A stretch of DNA of 20,000 bases. Origin: an uncultured virus (IMG/VR IMGVR_UViG_3300021957_000020). Its lineage: Duplodnaviria; Heunggongvirae; Uroviricota; Caudoviricetes. A program made the position numbers and the translations under genes. The DNA lies in the IMG/VR virus record IMGVR_UViG_3300021957_000020, one strand, 5' to 3'. Numbering within the stretch: position 1 is the stretch's first letter; each line of letters begins with the position of its first letter. Of the stretch, positions 18,944 through 20,000 are shown piece by piece. The notes below the pieces were generated by a model. It searched no databases, was not told the DNA's origin, and saw nothing but the letters and a program-made list of their open reading frames with translations.

Positions 18944-20000
18944 ATGAGTTTATTGGCATTAGCAGGAACCAATTCAGCTGCATCAGGTAGTTATGATGTA
19001 GACTATTCTTTGAAGTTTGAAACTGATAATACTGAATATCTTATGGCTGAAGGTAGACCTGCAGGTACTCAGACAACATGGACTTGGAGCTGTTGGCTCA
19101 AAAGAACAGAAGTAAACAATGGAGCTGTTGCTCAGTATATCTTTTCTGCAGGTTCAGACGGTAAAACAGGTATATATTTTAGAGATGATGCAAGTTATCC
19201 AGATGATCGTATATTCATATATGTGGACGAAGGTAATACTTTAAAATGGATTGGTCAAGTTAATCAAAGTTTTCGTGATACCTCAGCATGGTATCATATT
19301 GTTTTTGCAGTTGATTCAACAGATGGTACAGCAGCAGATAGAACAAAAATCTATGTAAATGGAGTACAGCAAACAATTACTTTTAATGCTACTTTAAACC
19401 AAAATGTATCTACAAGAGTTGGCGATAGTGGTGGCAAATTCTCTATAGGTGGTAAAGTAGCAAACACAGGATATGGTTTTAATGGTTATATTGCAGAATG
19501 TGTACTAGTAGATGGTTCTGCATTAACCCCAACATCTTTTGGTGAGTTTGATAATGATAGCAATATATGGAAACCTAAAGATGTAAGTAGTCTTTCACTA
19601 GGAACTGCTGGTTTTCATATGAACTTTGATGATTCATCTAATGTAGGAGCGGTAAAAACTGGTACAAGTCAAGGCAATTTTGACAAATATAATCTTTCAG
19701 CAGCCGACCAAGCTACAGACACACCTACTAATAATTTTTGTACTCTAAATAACAATTCCAGAACTAATGGGAATATTAGAAATCAAGAAGGTGGTAGTAA
19801 AGTTACAACTGACGGTGGTTCGGGTTGGTGCTCAATGAATGCTACTATGGGTGCTAAGTCTGGTAAGTGGTACTGGGAAGCTGAGCATATGTCTTCTGAT
19901 AGTGATAATGTATTTTGGGGTGTAGCTGCAGTCGACGACCCTTATATTCCTCATAGAGCAGGTGGATATTACTTAGGTAATGTTGCTGCTTGGACTTCAA
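18944..20000 (+). CDS. Second LamG-like plus SPRY-like protein (3'-truncated; absent from the ORF track)
   Basis: Manual translation from ATG 18944 is open to the window end: MSLLALAGTNS...SLKFETDNTEYL...TWTWSCWLKRTE...FRDTSAWYHIV...IYVNGVQ...FNGYIAE...TSFGEFD...WKP...DQATDTPTNNF...SGKWYWE. Clear paralog of 14999..16426. Confidence 0.85.
   Translation, partial: MSLLALAGTNSAASGSYDVDYSLKFETDNTEYLMAEGRPAGTQTTWTWSCWLKRTEVNNGAVAQYIFSAGSDGKTGIYFRDDASYPDDRIFIYVDEGNTLKWIGQVNQSFRDTSAWYHIVFAVDSTDGTAADRTKIYVNGVQQTITFNATLNQNVSTRVGDSGGKFSIGGKVANTGYGFNGYIAECVLVDGSALTPTSFGEFDNDSNIWKPKDVSSLSLGTAGFHMNFDDSSNVGAVKTGTSQGNFDKYNLSAADQATDTPTNNFCTLNNNSRTNGNIRNQEGGSKVTTDGGSGWCSMNATMGAKSGKWYWEAEHMSSDSDNVFWGVAAVDDPYIPHRAGGYYLGNVAAWTS

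Noticed and set aside
14999..20000. Diversity-generating retroelement (TR/VR pair) or invertible shufflon
   Set aside because: No reverse transcriptase or recombinase in the window, no ~100-bp repeat pair with adenine-specific mismatches, and all cassettes are in the same orientation without flanking inverted sites.

Overview
This is an AT-rich (roughly one-third GC) 20 kb segment of a large T4-like, most likely marine, myovirus genome. It is a dense + strand run of 15 virion-structural genes. In order: a 5'-truncated VrlC/DUF4815-type giant structural protein, a small coiled-coil protein, a 1155-aa fibre with a C-terminal peptidase-S74 chaperone, a BppU-like anchor, small and large fibre segments (71, 531 and 1259 aa), then two paralogous cassettes about 4 kb apart (short adaptor, beta-sandwich adaptor, LamG/SPRY lectin-like protein). 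A tail-fibre-assembly-like protein lies between the cassettes. T4 late promoter boxes (TATAAATA) precede several genes. Points of interest: (1) the C-terminal motif of one gene is repeatedly paired with a specific N-terminal motif of the next, suggesting a head-to-tail docking code for building fibres from separate polypeptides; (2) structured leaders occur at two of these junctions; (3) one fibre has an amicyanin-like H...CxxHxxM copper-site motif; (4) otherwise diverged receptor-binding paralogs share short near-identical DNA islands. Family assignments come from motif recognition only; no database search was run.
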